Source: Ignavibacteria bacterium
GTDB taxonomy: Bacteria > Bacteroidota > Ignavibacteria > Kapaibacteriales > Kapaibacteriaceae
Direction of reading: 5' to 3'
Assembly: GCA_040380835.1 (NCBI GenBank)
Contig: JBEIIK010000003.1
Location: forward strand, 1-59,970
Length of the DNA: 59,970 nt
Shown piece by piece: positions 40,901 to 49,642 of the stretch. The notes beneath the pieces are model-generated. The model searched no databases. It was not told where the DNA came from and saw only the letters and a program-made list of their open reading frames with translations. Position 1 is the stretch's first letter. Every line of letters starts with the position of its first letter. A program made the translations under genes and the position numbers.

Positions 40901-42035
40901 TGTTTGCGGTTCAGCGACATCGCGTCAGGCTCGTGTGCTTACCTCTGGTGTCTTTGTTGATTTCGCATCCAACAGCGTTGGTGTGTGTGACGGACAGAAG
41001 GCAACGATATCGGCTAATGCCTATGCCAATCCTATGTCGGGTGCTCTGCGCCTGCAGTGGTGGTATAAGGGGGCTCCTCTTGCAGATGGTGGTCGCTACT
41101 CCGGTGTGCAGACTTCTACTCTGATGATCGACCCGGTCACCACGCAGGATATCGGCGATTACACGCTGTATGCCGAACTGACCGACAATCGTAACGTCAA
41201 CGCCATGGGCTCAGTGAGTCTCGTGATTGCCGGTAGTCCAACGATCTCGGCTCAGCCAATGAGCAATACCGTCTGTGCCGACGAAGTATTCTCACTCTCT
41301 GTCACTGCAACGGGTGCAGGAAATCTCGCCTACCAGTGGACGTTCAACGGCACTGACATCAGCGGACAGAACAGCCCGATGCTGTCACTGACGGCTACGT
41401 CCGCTCGTGCTGGCCAGTACGCCGTTCGCATTTCCACGGCTTGCGGTTCCGTGACTTCGAATTCGGTTACCGTTACTGTACGCGACGCAACGATCATCAC
41501 CCAGCAACCACCTGCCACGGTGGCCGCAACTGTCGGACAGCCATTGCGTATTGACCTCACGGCAACGGGTTCTGGAACGGTCCAGTACCAGTGGTTCAAG
41601 GATGGTGCCGCCCTTGCCGGAGAGGTTACTCCAGCGTTCGCCAAGGCTGCTTATGCACTTACGGATGCCGGCAAGTACTGGTGCCGTGTTCGTTCCGATT
41701 GTGGTGAGAAGATTTCGGACACCACAACAGTCACCACGCGTCCTGGTGTGGTCGGTGTTGACGACGAAGACGGTGTTGTGGCAGGATATACAGTCTCCCC
41801 GAACCCGGGATCAGACGTCATGAGCGCCCGTCTGGTCATCGACACCCCATCGCGCGTTGTCATGACCCTTGTGAATCTCACGGGTGAAACCGTCCTGACG
41901 ATCACCGACACCAGGCTTTCCGCCGGAGAATACGCCATGCCGTTCTCGGTTGCCGACCTCTCGGCTGGTCAGTACCAGCTTGTTGCCATGATCAACGGTC
42001 AGGCACAAACACGCACGGTCGTCGTCGTAAAGTAA
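37974..42035 (+). CDS. Giant T9SS-secreted surface protein with Ig-like domain arrays
   Basis: The ORF track gives 37887-42035. I prefer ATG 37974 (MNNIQRFFASVFCCLVLASTVVLGQSQ, signal peptide). There are five I-set-like repeats with YQW(F/Y)K.G...(Y.C) cores between ~40400 and 41720. The C-terminal ...YTVSPNPGSDVMSARLVIDTPSRVVMTLVNLTGETVL...LSAGQYQLVAMINGQAQTRTVVVVK is a classical type-A T9SS sorting domain. Confidence 0.8.
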   Translation: MNNIQRFFASVFCCLVLASTVVLGQSQPLTTWSLSSGNYTFTDWLSTNPAGSYPTAMMFHTVAEIDLPSDAPVVGDFNCAYNLASGARISGLGTGGLSFINTGSTLCNCQFVGAAVLALNTVGRAQIGVTWTSSVNSAGTRPYALRLQYRLSTVGPWINVFNNNVPVEYVAPLNASGLATQRIVTTTLPTVCENQPTLQLRWVYYQAPVLSSGSRPGITFDDLTVSSQSLIGTATNLAIENIVPAVPSQNTPFSLRIRAVDALGAAKNVTTSTTVQLQVNAGTGFLSGTTIATIPAGTSFVDLTSISYSAAELGVQFRAISISGQVLTQGLSPVLTVNGPPSYALVTGAQTTGYVNVPFNPLTVTIFRADNTVDQNYVSNVTISRISGPGVLSGTTTVQASAGVAVFSGVSVTAPGTYQLSISAPGVPAITLPFATAATTPNMITDIVPQFIHARVASGTCNSSVSAFPIPVYARVTFTNLTPNSVYRYNTGLALDNVLTSTGGGFNVHYNGNDNSYVYAAGKSLNTPGEFSTFSTLPGQTSKTIWINLVTSTNAAFQEQGTIFWRVSLGDNDGNLINRYQLAQTSVPLRLGNLPTQATGIADDNSQLTERNFVLFYDNAAGTGRPLTVALVQRQNTTVAGAETFYATRQSMASSWATFIPNTLPTGVRRIEERDAISGNIVNAITSVDGRWNNIQTNPSDLVAYPSGPGGFLAPIIMQTPRITVSAPVFGDTLCAGTTAVARFVARGMANVDIQFSSNNGASWQSMGVVPATSTAVNWTVPDIEFAGQCLVRVVGVDRPEITATSQMFAVASAIRVVSQPESRNLCVGDRLSLVAVTAGAVRNYQWFKNGVAIEGATSALYALDRAQFSTAGVYRCELWGFGQCGSSRTNDIHIRVARPTSIVNQTRNAPVKIGGTAFLSVEAEIPNEAISYQWYKGQTALVDNGRIVGTASNRLEIRNIGNNDLGTDYYCVVTGVCGSATSRQARVLTSGVFVDFASNSVGVCDGQKATISANAYANPMSGALRLQWWYKGAPLADGGRYSGVQTSTLMIDPVTTQDIGDYTLYAELTDNRNVNAMGSVSLVIAGSPTISAQPMSNTVCADEVFSLSVTATGAGNLAYQWTFNGTDISGQNSPMLSLTATSARAGQYAVRISTACGSVTSNSVTVTVRDATIITQQPPATVAATVGQPLRIDLTATGSGTVQYQWFKDGAALAGEVTPAFAKAAYALTDAGKYWCRVRSDCGEKISDTTTVTTRPGVVGVDDEDGVVAGYTVSPNPGSDVMSARLVIDTPSRVVMTLVNLTGETVLTITDTRLSAGEYAMPFSVADLSAGQYQLVAMINGQAQTRTVVVVK

Positions 42036-42081
42036 CTCCGCCGGACGGCGAGCCGTCGAAAAAGTATTCGAAACACGAAAA

Positions 42082-42110
42082 GGGGTATGCGAAAGCGCAT
42101 GCCCCTTTTT
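42082..42110 (+). terminator. Rho-independent terminator between the two giant surface-protein genes
   Basis: GGGGTATGCG-AAAG-CGCATGCCCC (10-bp stem with one G-U pair) followed by TTTTT. Only 31 nt remain before ATG 42142. Confidence 0.65.
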
Positions 42111-42141
42111 CGTAGAATCGTGCGATGTTTCCAAAGGGCTT

Positions 42142-45100
42142 ATGAAAACGTTCTTGCGTCTTCTGTCCATCCTGATGTTGGTGGCGACCCCTACCTGGCA
42201 ATTACGCTCTCAGGAAATGGTCGTTAGCGAATACCTGAACATGGTTGATCCAACAATCGAGTGGACTGAGTTGTTCGTTGTTGCGGACAATCTCAACGTT
42301 GTGGGATGGATCGTAACTGATAACAACACCGGGCAGATCACACGTCAGGGTGGGCCCCAGTTCAAAGACATTCCGCTGTGGCGGAATCTTCGTTCCGGAA
42401 CAATCATCGTGCTCTGGCACCGTGCCTTCCCCGCCGGCTATGTACAGGATGATGATCCGGCGGACGGTTATCTTGAGCTCTCGGCTCGTGATGCCAGGTA
42501 CTTTACGACGTACCTCTTCGCCCCCGGAGTTGATAACGACATGAACATCAATCAAACGGGTGAACTTGTCGAGTTGATGAAGTCCGATCTGACACACGTG
42601 CATGCATTAGGGTTCAACAAGCCGACAGGGCCTTCGTACAACAGTTTGCCAATGCCGAAAGTCAACATTGACTCGGCCAACATTTCCAACTCGCGGTCGG
42701 CACGCGTCAGTGGGCGGACACTTGCTGCCTATGGTTTTGGAGTGACAAAAGACTCAGCCGTTGTGGGATTCAACGACTCACGAGGTCTTCCTAATCGTTG
42801 GGATCTGCCGCGCACGGCTCTTGGACTGGCCAATATCAACCACTGGTTCTGGCGTGAAACGCGCGAGCCTAAGTGGACATCTACTCCGGCGATCAGCCTC
42901 ATTACCCAGTCGGCCAACAGTAATACCATTGAGTGGACGGCGCTGGACGATCCTTTTCCGCAGGATTCAACCACAGGGTATCTTATTCTGCGTGATACAC
43001 TGGGGTTTGCCGGCTTCCCTTCGGGCGTTATCCGTGACGGCATCACCATTGCCAAGGGCATACGCATCGGGTCAGCCACCGTGCTCGATGTCCGCCCGAC
43101 AAAGCTCGGCAGACGACTGGTGGATTCGGCCAACATCCTCTGCGGAATGACCTATTCATATCGCGTCTATGGATACCGTTACCGGCGTGATGATATTCTG
43201 ACAGCAACGGATGATACCACCGCTCGTGGACGCCAGTACAATGAGCAACGCTGGTGCGAGTCGGCACCCATCACGAAGAGCAATCCCACAAAGCCCCTTA
43301 TCCAGGCATCACGCCTGCAGATCTGTCCCGGTGATACTGTAAGTCTGACGACGACCACCACAAACGCCGTGCTCTACGAATGGACTGTTAACGGACAGTC
43401 CGTACCCGTTGGTGGTACAACGCGTATTGTCGTGCGTGCCACCGGTGAGTACCGGCTCGTCATCAAGGGGGCTGACGGTTGTTCGGCCATTTCCGATGCC
43501 GTCATCATCACGGCGCTTCCCGCCCCTTCGGTGGAGATCACGCCTACCGGAGCACTGACTATATGTCCGGGCGATAGCGTGAAGATCACCTCGACTACAG
43601 TTGCCGCTTCCTATGAATGGCTTCGTGACGGACTTCCCATTCCCGGTGCCACAGCGAACACCTACGTGGCGCGACTTGACGGAGACTATCAGGTGCGGAT
43701 CGCAACCGCTGCCGGCTGTCCGGGTATCTCATCTGCCCTGCGTCTGCGGCTGCAGAATGTCAAAGCTCGAATGTCCCCGAATGTCGTTGACTTCGGTACG
43801 ATCGGACAGTGTCGAGCTGATACAACGGTTGATGTTGAGATCATCAATGAGGGACAGGCCCCCATTACTGTCACCAATGCCACCTTTCCGCTTGGATTTG
43901 CCCTTGTATCTCCGGCGCCCGGTTTTCAGGTCGCTGCCGGTAAGCGACAGACCGTGCGCCTGGTGTTCTCGCCTGCCGGGCCAGGCACAGCTTCTGGAGC
44001 GGCTTCATTTCTGGTTCAGCCATGTTCGACGCCGGTCGCCTTCACGGTCAGGGGGCAGCGCACGGCCGTGTCCGTGGCGTTGAACAAGCCGGGAGTTGAC
44101 TTCGGGACGTATTCGGCATGTCCGACATCAGACATCAGGCCGGACTCCACGTTCTGTATCACGAATTCTGGTTCGGAGCCGATCACCATCGGCGTACCAA
44201 GGGTCGATCCGCCATTCTATCTTGTGACAGACATTCCGAAACCGGTGAAGATCGACCCGGGTGCGAACTTCTGTGTTAAGATCACCTACCGTCCGATGAA
44301 TGCCGATCTTGATCGAGGCGTCATTCAGACCATCGGTTTCCCGTTTACCTCGGCCTCATGTCAGGACACCCTGCGTGCTCGCGTTCAGGGGGCCAGCTAC
44401 CGCCCGGTAGTTACGGCCGATGAGCCGAGCGTTGACGTCGGCATGGTGCTGGCCTGTTCAAGGCGCCTTGATACGGTCATCAGCCTCACCAATCAGTCGC
44501 TTGTGCCTGTTTCGATCTCGAACATCGTGGGGCAGGACGTCACCTACGCCGGTGCTGCCGTCACGATCCCGCCAAAGTCATCTCGGTTGTTCCCGGTCAC
44601 GCTGACGCCGTCTGCGGCCTCCGGGCCGTTCTCGATCCGTGCCAGGGCCGTTGCGCTTCCCTGCAGCGACAGTATCACCGTGACGTTCGATGGGGTGTTG
44701 CTGAACGCAACGTTTTCGCAGGACCGAGATGACATCGACTTCGGAACAATCCTGTTGTGCGAACGCTCGTCGGCCTCGGCTTCATTCTTGATCTCAGCGC
44801 GCGGCCTGTCCGGTCTGCGTTCAAGGCTCACGTCGATGACCGTGCGCGCCCCTTTCGCACTATCGGTATCAGCGGGACAGAGTTTCCGTGATTCAATTCG
44901 GGTGGATGTGAGCTTTACCCCATCTGGTCAGGGGGCTTTTGTTGATACCATCAACTACTCGATCGATCCGTGCTCTGTTTCGCGCAGCATTATCGTGCGT
45001 GGCGTGGCGGCCAACCCGCAGCGATCGACGTCGATCAGCGGCTCTGACTTTGGCACGCTAACGCCGGGAACCATCGCTCGCAGGACGATGACGGTGGTCA

Positions 45101-46032
45101 ATACCGGTACGGCGGACATTGACCTTGATGATCTGCGGGGTGTGTCCGCCCCGTTCAAGATCATTGCTCGGCGTCCTGCCCTGCCAGCGCGCCTTGCTCC
45201 CGGTCAGAAAGCCGAGATCGATCTCGAGTACGCGTTTGTCGACTATGACCGGCGCGATACAATAATGATCAGCAGCCGGAGTATCGGCAGCTGTGCCGAT
45301 TCGGTTGCCTTTACGCTTACGGGCTGGACGGTTGGTAAGGGAACTGTTACCGGAATAGCCATTATTGCACCCGTGGACGTTCGGGCTGTTGCTGGTAGCC
45401 GTGTTGGTCTGCCGTTTTCTCTGACCTCTCTCGCACCATTGGATTCACTGGATCTTCGATCGATGACGGTTGATATCGACTATAACGCCCGCCTGGTCCG
45501 GTTTGAAACGGTCAGCTGCGCTTTGCCGGGTGCAACGGCCACCATCGCAGAACCCATTCCGGGTCGGGCTACGGTAAGCATCACATCAACGAGTGCTATC
45601 GTGGCCATGAATCCGCTTTTCTCGATCACAGCCCGCACCTATGTAGCAGATACCAACGCCACGATCCTTGATGTTGATACAGCTCTTGCACCGGGTACGA
45701 TCATCACCGGTCAGGATGGATCATTGACGGTCGAAGGTGAATGCGAGATTTCCGCCGGCTCTGTCGGGGTAAAGCGCGGCATTGTGTTCAGGGCTTCAAT
45801 TGTGGATCACGACAGACTCTGCCTTGACTTCTCCGCCATCACGAACGATCCCGTAAACGTTTGTATTGTCTCTGTCGCTGGGCAAGCGCGGACTCTGCAG
45901 ATCCAACCGAATTTGAATCAGGATATTCAAAGGTTCATCGTACCGGTCGAAGATCTTGCCACCGGTACGTATGTCGTGCGCTACCAGCACGGCCGTCACG
46001 TGCGTTCCATTCCGTTCACAATTGTCCGCTAG
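42142..46032 (+). CDS. Giant surface protein: lamin-tail-like domain + Ig-like + ASH/choice-of-anchor-D-like repeats + cohesin-like + CTD-like end
   Basis: 1296 aa. Signal peptide. LTD-like MVVSEYLNMVDPTIEWTELFVVADNLNVVGWIVTDNN (~42217-42610). Two YEW..(N/D)G Ig-like repeats. At least 6 repeats of the type VDFGT(I/Y)...C....(V/F).I.N.G..PI.I (ASPM/Hydin-like). A cohesin-like segment ...VDVRAVAGSRVGLPFSL...MTVDIDYNARLVRFETV.... The C-terminal ...VCIVSVAGQARTLQI...LATGTYVVRYQHGRHVRSIPFTIVR is T9SS-CTD-like but lacks the PNP motif. Confidence 0.8.
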   Translation: MKTFLRLLSILMLVATPTWQLRSQEMVVSEYLNMVDPTIEWTELFVVADNLNVVGWIVTDNNTGQITRQGGPQFKDIPLWRNLRSGTIIVLWHRAFPAGYVQDDDPADGYLELSARDARYFTTYLFAPGVDNDMNINQTGELVELMKSDLTHVHALGFNKPTGPSYNSLPMPKVNIDSANISNSRSARVSGRTLAAYGFGVTKDSAVVGFNDSRGLPNRWDLPRTALGLANINHWFWRETREPKWTSTPAISLITQSANSNTIEWTALDDPFPQDSTTGYLILRDTLGFAGFPSGVIRDGITIAKGIRIGSATVLDVRPTKLGRRLVDSANILCGMTYSYRVYGYRYRRDDILTATDDTTARGRQYNEQRWCESAPITKSNPTKPLIQASRLQICPGDTVSLTTTTTNAVLYEWTVNGQSVPVGGTTRIVVRATGEYRLVIKGADGCSAISDAVIITALPAPSVEITPTGALTICPGDSVKITSTTVAASYEWLRDGLPIPGATANTYVARLDGDYQVRIATAAGCPGISSALRLRLQNVKARMSPNVVDFGTIGQCRADTTVDVEIINEGQAPITVTNATFPLGFALVSPAPGFQVAAGKRQTVRLVFSPAGPGTASGAASFLVQPCSTPVAFTVRGQRTAVSVALNKPGVDFGTYSACPTSDIRPDSTFCITNSGSEPITIGVPRVDPPFYLVTDIPKPVKIDPGANFCVKITYRPMNADLDRGVIQTIGFPFTSASCQDTLRARVQGASYRPVVTADEPSVDVGMVLACSRRLDTVISLTNQSLVPVSISNIVGQDVTYAGAAVTIPPKSSRLFPVTLTPSAASGPFSIRARAVALPCSDSITVTFDGVLLNATFSQDRDDIDFGTILLCERSSASASFLISARGLSGLRSRLTSMTVRAPFALSVSAGQSFRDSIRVDVSFTPSGQGAFVDTINYSIDPCSVSRSIIVRGVAANPQRSTSISGSDFGTLTPGTIARRTMTVVNTGTADIDLDDLRGVSAPFKIIARRPALPARLAPGQKAEIDLEYAFVDYDRRDTIMISSRSIGSCADSVAFTLTGWTVGKGTVTGIAIIAPVDVRAVAGSRVGLPFSLTSLAPLDSLDLRSMTVDIDYNARLVRFETVSCALPGATATIAEPIPGRATVSITSTSAIVAMNPLFSITARTYVADTNATILDVDTALAPGTIITGQDGSLTVEGECEISAGSVGVKRGIVFRASIVDHDRLCLDFSAITNDPVNVCIVSVAGQARTLQIQPNLNQDIQRFIVPVEDLATGTYVVRYQHGRHVRSIPFTIVR

Positions 46033-46062
46033 GCCTGCCACCGGGCCGCGCTGACCAAACCA

Positions 46063-47061
46063 TTGATTGAGGAAGTTTTGAAGGTTCTCGTTACCGGAGC
46101 TACCGGATTCGTCGGAAGTCATGTTGTGGATTCTCTGCTCGAACAGGGCCACGCTGTGTCCTACATCGCGCGGTCCACATCCAATCTGCGCTGGCTCGAA
46201 GGCAAGGATGTCACTCGCGTCGAAGGGTCCCTCTTCGACGTTGAATCACTGCGGCATGCCGTGGCAGGCGTGGATGTGGTCATTCACGTGGCAGGGCTGA
46301 CAGCTGCAAGGAACGAGCAGGAGTTTCTTCGCGGTAACTTCGAGGCCACGCGCAATCTTCTCGACGCCGTGCGTGCCTATAACCCTGCATTGCTCCGGTT
46401 CCTGCATGTCTCATCCCTGGCCGTGGTCGGTCCGTCAGTCAGTCTCGACGCACCTGTCGATGAGTCATCCCCGTTGCGTCCAATCACGGCCTATGGCCGC
46501 ACAAAGAAGCTTGCCGAGGATGCCGTGCTTCAGGCAACAGACATTCCTTCGACGATCGTCCGCCCACCTGCGGTTTATGGTCCACGCGATGAGGCCATCC
46601 TGACCTTTTTCCAGACGGTCGGCAAGGGGCTGGCAACATACATTGGCTTTGGTGATAAGAGCGTGAGCCTTGTCCACGTGCGCGATCTGGCCCGCGGCAT
46701 CGTCATGGCCGCCATGGACGAACGCGCCGTGGGGCAGACCTATTTTGTTTCCTCCGACGAGTTTTACACCTGGCCACAGATCGCCGCCATGACCGGTGCC
46801 GTTATGGGTAAGCGTCGTCTGATCCCGATCCGGCTTCCTCATCTTGCCGTACTCGGCATCGCCGGCATATCCGGTTTCTTCGGCAAGCTTTCCGGTAAGC
46901 CCCCTGTACTCGACTATGAAAAGGGGCGAGACCTTATCCAGGAATACTGGATATGCAGCACCCAGAAGGCGCGCAACGAGATCGGCTACAAGCAGCAGGT
47001 GTCCTTGCAGGAAGGCATCGGCGAGACCGTTTCCTGGTATCGGAAGCAGCGCTGGCTATGA
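46063..47061 (+). CDS. NAD-dependent epimerase/dehydratase (extended SDR) family protein
   Basis: VLVTGATGFVGSHVV (GxxGxxG) and YGRTKKLAE (YxxxK). The start is TTG 46063 or, perhaps better, TTG 46078 (MKVLVTGATG, preceded by GAGGAA). Confidence 0.85.
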   Translation: MIEEVLKVLVTGATGFVGSHVVDSLLEQGHAVSYIARSTSNLRWLEGKDVTRVEGSLFDVESLRHAVAGVDVVIHVAGLTAARNEQEFLRGNFEATRNLLDAVRAYNPALLRFLHVSSLAVVGPSVSLDAPVDESSPLRPITAYGRTKKLAEDAVLQATDIPSTIVRPPAVYGPRDEAILTFFQTVGKGLATYIGFGDKSVSLVHVRDLARGIVMAAMDERAVGQTYFVSSDEFYTWPQIAAMTGAVMGKRRLIPIRLPHLAVLGIAGISGFFGKLSGKPPVLDYEKGRDLIQEYWICSTQKARNEIGYKQQVSLQEGIGETVSWYRKQRWL

Positions 47062-49589
47062 TCCGTCGGTTGCTTGTCAGCCTTACCGGTGCCTCGGCAG
47101 TTGCCGTGGTCATCGGCGTCGTGATCCTGGCCTTCGCCATCATGCTTGCCACGCGAAGTCACCCTGTTCCGTATCAGCAGACCGAGGCCACTGTGCGCGA
47201 CAGTGTTCGCGTCTATCGCAATTCCTTCGGCATACCGCACATCGTTGGCCGGTCCTTGCATGATGTGATGTTTGCCCAGGGATATACGCATGCCCAGGAC
47301 AGGCTCTGGCAGATGGACTTCTGGAGGCGCTCGGCAACTGGCCATACGGCCGAGATCTTCGGTCCAGAAGGCGTACAGGTAGATGCCTTCATGCGGACGA
47401 TCAATATCGCCGCAGTGGCCCGCATGCAACGCCGCGCGCTCAGCCGCACGGCGCTGCAGATCCTGCAGGCCTACTGCCGGGGCGTGAACGCCTACATCGA
47501 AGAAAACGCCGATAATCTTCCATTTGAGTTTGATGCCCTGGGATACAAACCGCACCCGTGGACACCGGAGGACTGCCTGATCCTGGGACGTGCAATGGCC
47601 TTTGAACTCAGCCTGGGATTCTGGTCAGACATCACCTACGCTCAGATACGGCATCAACGCGGAAGCACATACGTCGGCGACTATGTACCAAGTGATGCAC
47701 GCGGGCCCTATGTGCTAGATACCTCTGAGGCTCGGCCGCCATCCGGGCTTGCCACTGCTCCTGGCAGAAGCTCGGCCGACCTGCCGCTGACGGTTCTGGC
47801 CGGTGTGCGCCAGAATCTGTATCAGGTGCGTGATCAACTCGGCCTGCGTGGCGCCGGATTTGGCAGCAACTGCTGGGTCGTTAAGACCCCACAGGGCGGA
47901 ACGATCGTTGCTAACGATCCGCACCTGAGTGCCTCTGCGCCGGCAAAGTGGTACCAGATCCATCTGACCGCACCGGGACTCAATGTGGTGGGTCTGAGTA
48001 TTCCGGGAATGCCCCTTGTGCTGTCGGGTCGTAATGACCAGCTGGCATGGGGCTTTACCAACGCCATGATCGATGACGTCGATTACGTTGTTGAACGCTG
48101 TGACTCGGCCAACCCGGAGAACTACTATCTCGATGCCAGCGGCGTGCGGCGCAAGTTCACCTTTGTCGCTGACACGATCCGCGTGGCCGGTCATAGCGAC
48201 ACGATCATCAGCATTCGCGCGACCAAGACCTCGCGGGTTATCTCCGATCATCACCTGATGCGCAACCCGAGCGTGATCTTCGACTTCCCGAGGGTCGCCT
48301 CCACGTCGTATGTCTTTCCGGAGCGAAACACAAAGCAGCCCACGTGCATGACCTTCCGCTGGGCGGCCACCTATGCAAGTGACGAGATCACTGCCATGTA
48401 CCGTATCAATACGGCACGCAATCTCGAGCATGTTCTGCGTGCCCTTGAAGGCTGGGGAGCACCGGCATTGAGCTTCTCCATTGGTACTGCCGGTGGCTCC
48501 ATGGCCAGCATCGTAGCTGGACATCTTCCGGTGCGCGGCACGGCAGATCCGCACCTGCCGATCGCTTCATGGGAACAGGGGGCTGACTGGTCGGGTGTGA
48601 CCTCGCTGACCACGCTCGGACGGATCGTCAACCCCTCGCGCGGCTGGCTGGCAACGGCGAACAACCGGCTGAGTCCATCGCCTACCTATGTCGGTGCGCT
48701 CTTCGAGCCCCCTTCGAGAATCGAACGGATCAATGAGCTTATGAGACTCTACCGCAATCCGTCGGTGCGGGATGTGCAGATGATGCAGCTAGACGTGGTC
48801 TCGCCCTATGCCCGGGATGTGCTGCGACGTGTGATCCCGATTCTGACAAGAGGAGTAAAGAAACTCTCAAGCGACGAACGTCGGGCGCTGACCATTCTGC
48901 AGGCTTGGGATGCCGGGCATACGCCGCTTGACAATGCGGCATCGATCTTTTCCGTGTTCCTCGACCGCCTCGTCTGGTCAACCTTCGAAGACGAACTCGG
49001 TCAGCAGTTGTATTTCGACTGGACCCTTGTGCCGAATATTGCGCTGCGACGAGTTGATGAACTGCTTGATTCGCCGGAGCACAGGCTATGGGACGACATT
49101 CGCACCGTCTCGGAGGTTGAGACCATGCCGTGGATCGTGCTGCGCGCATTCCATGCGGCCATCGTCGATCTGCGTGAGCATTTCGAGGTTCCGCCTGAAG
49201 GAGGCGCCTGGGCCTTCGGTAAGATACACTCGGTGACCTTTCCGCACATCTTTGGACGTAACCAGCTGATGCGTCCAACAATGAATCTGGGTCCGTTCGA
49301 CATCGGAGGCAGCCAGACGACCATCAACAACACGCAGTGGAAGTTCACCAGTAATCGTCCGCACGAAGTAACACTACCTACAACGGTTGTGGCAAGCATG
49401 CGGGTGATCTCGTCTCTTTCAGACTCGGTGCAATACACCGTAATTCCAGGTGGAGCATCGGGTCAGCCCCTTGAGGCGCATTACTCCGATCAGATGCAGC
49501 TCTGGCTCAAGGGCGGATATGTCAAGGTCCCAGTTTCACCGCAACCCGATGTCTCATTCCGATTGTATCACATCTATCGACCTCGTTAG
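47058..49589 (+). CDS. Penicillin/AHL-acylase family Ntn-hydrolase (membrane-anchored or secreted)
   Basis: The ORF track gives 46953-49589. I prefer ATG 47058 (MIRRLLVSLTGASAVAVVIGVVILAFAI...), which overlaps the upstream stop (ATGA). ...VYRNSFGIPHIVG..., the nucleophile context GFGSNCWVV, and ...IVANDPHL.... Confidence 0.85.
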   Translation: MIRRLLVSLTGASAVAVVIGVVILAFAIMLATRSHPVPYQQTEATVRDSVRVYRNSFGIPHIVGRSLHDVMFAQGYTHAQDRLWQMDFWRRSATGHTAEIFGPEGVQVDAFMRTINIAAVARMQRRALSRTALQILQAYCRGVNAYIEENADNLPFEFDALGYKPHPWTPEDCLILGRAMAFELSLGFWSDITYAQIRHQRGSTYVGDYVPSDARGPYVLDTSEARPPSGLATAPGRSSADLPLTVLAGVRQNLYQVRDQLGLRGAGFGSNCWVVKTPQGGTIVANDPHLSASAPAKWYQIHLTAPGLNVVGLSIPGMPLVLSGRNDQLAWGFTNAMIDDVDYVVERCDSANPENYYLDASGVRRKFTFVADTIRVAGHSDTIISIRATKTSRVISDHHLMRNPSVIFDFPRVASTSYVFPERNTKQPTCMTFRWAATYASDEITAMYRINTARNLEHVLRALEGWGAPALSFSIGTAGGSMASIVAGHLPVRGTADPHLPIASWEQGADWSGVTSLTTLGRIVNPSRGWLATANNRLSPSPTYVGALFEPPSRIERINELMRLYRNPSVRDVQMMQLDVVSPYARDVLRRVIPILTRGVKKLSSDERRALTILQAWDAGHTPLDNAASIFSVFLDRLVWSTFEDELGQQLYFDWTLVPNIALRRVDELLDSPEHRLWDDIRTVSEVETMPWIVLRAFHAAIVDLREHFEVPPEGGAWAFGKIHSVTFPHIFGRNQLMRPTMNLGPFDIGGSQTTINNTQWKFTSNRPHEVTLPTTVVASMRVISSLSDSVQYTVIPGGASGQPLEAHYSDQMQLWLKGGYVKVPVSPQPDVSFRLYHIYRPR

Positions 49590-49642
49590 TCAATGGTTGC
49601 GTATTTTGTAAGGCTTTGTCTCACATATCATTTCAGATAGCC

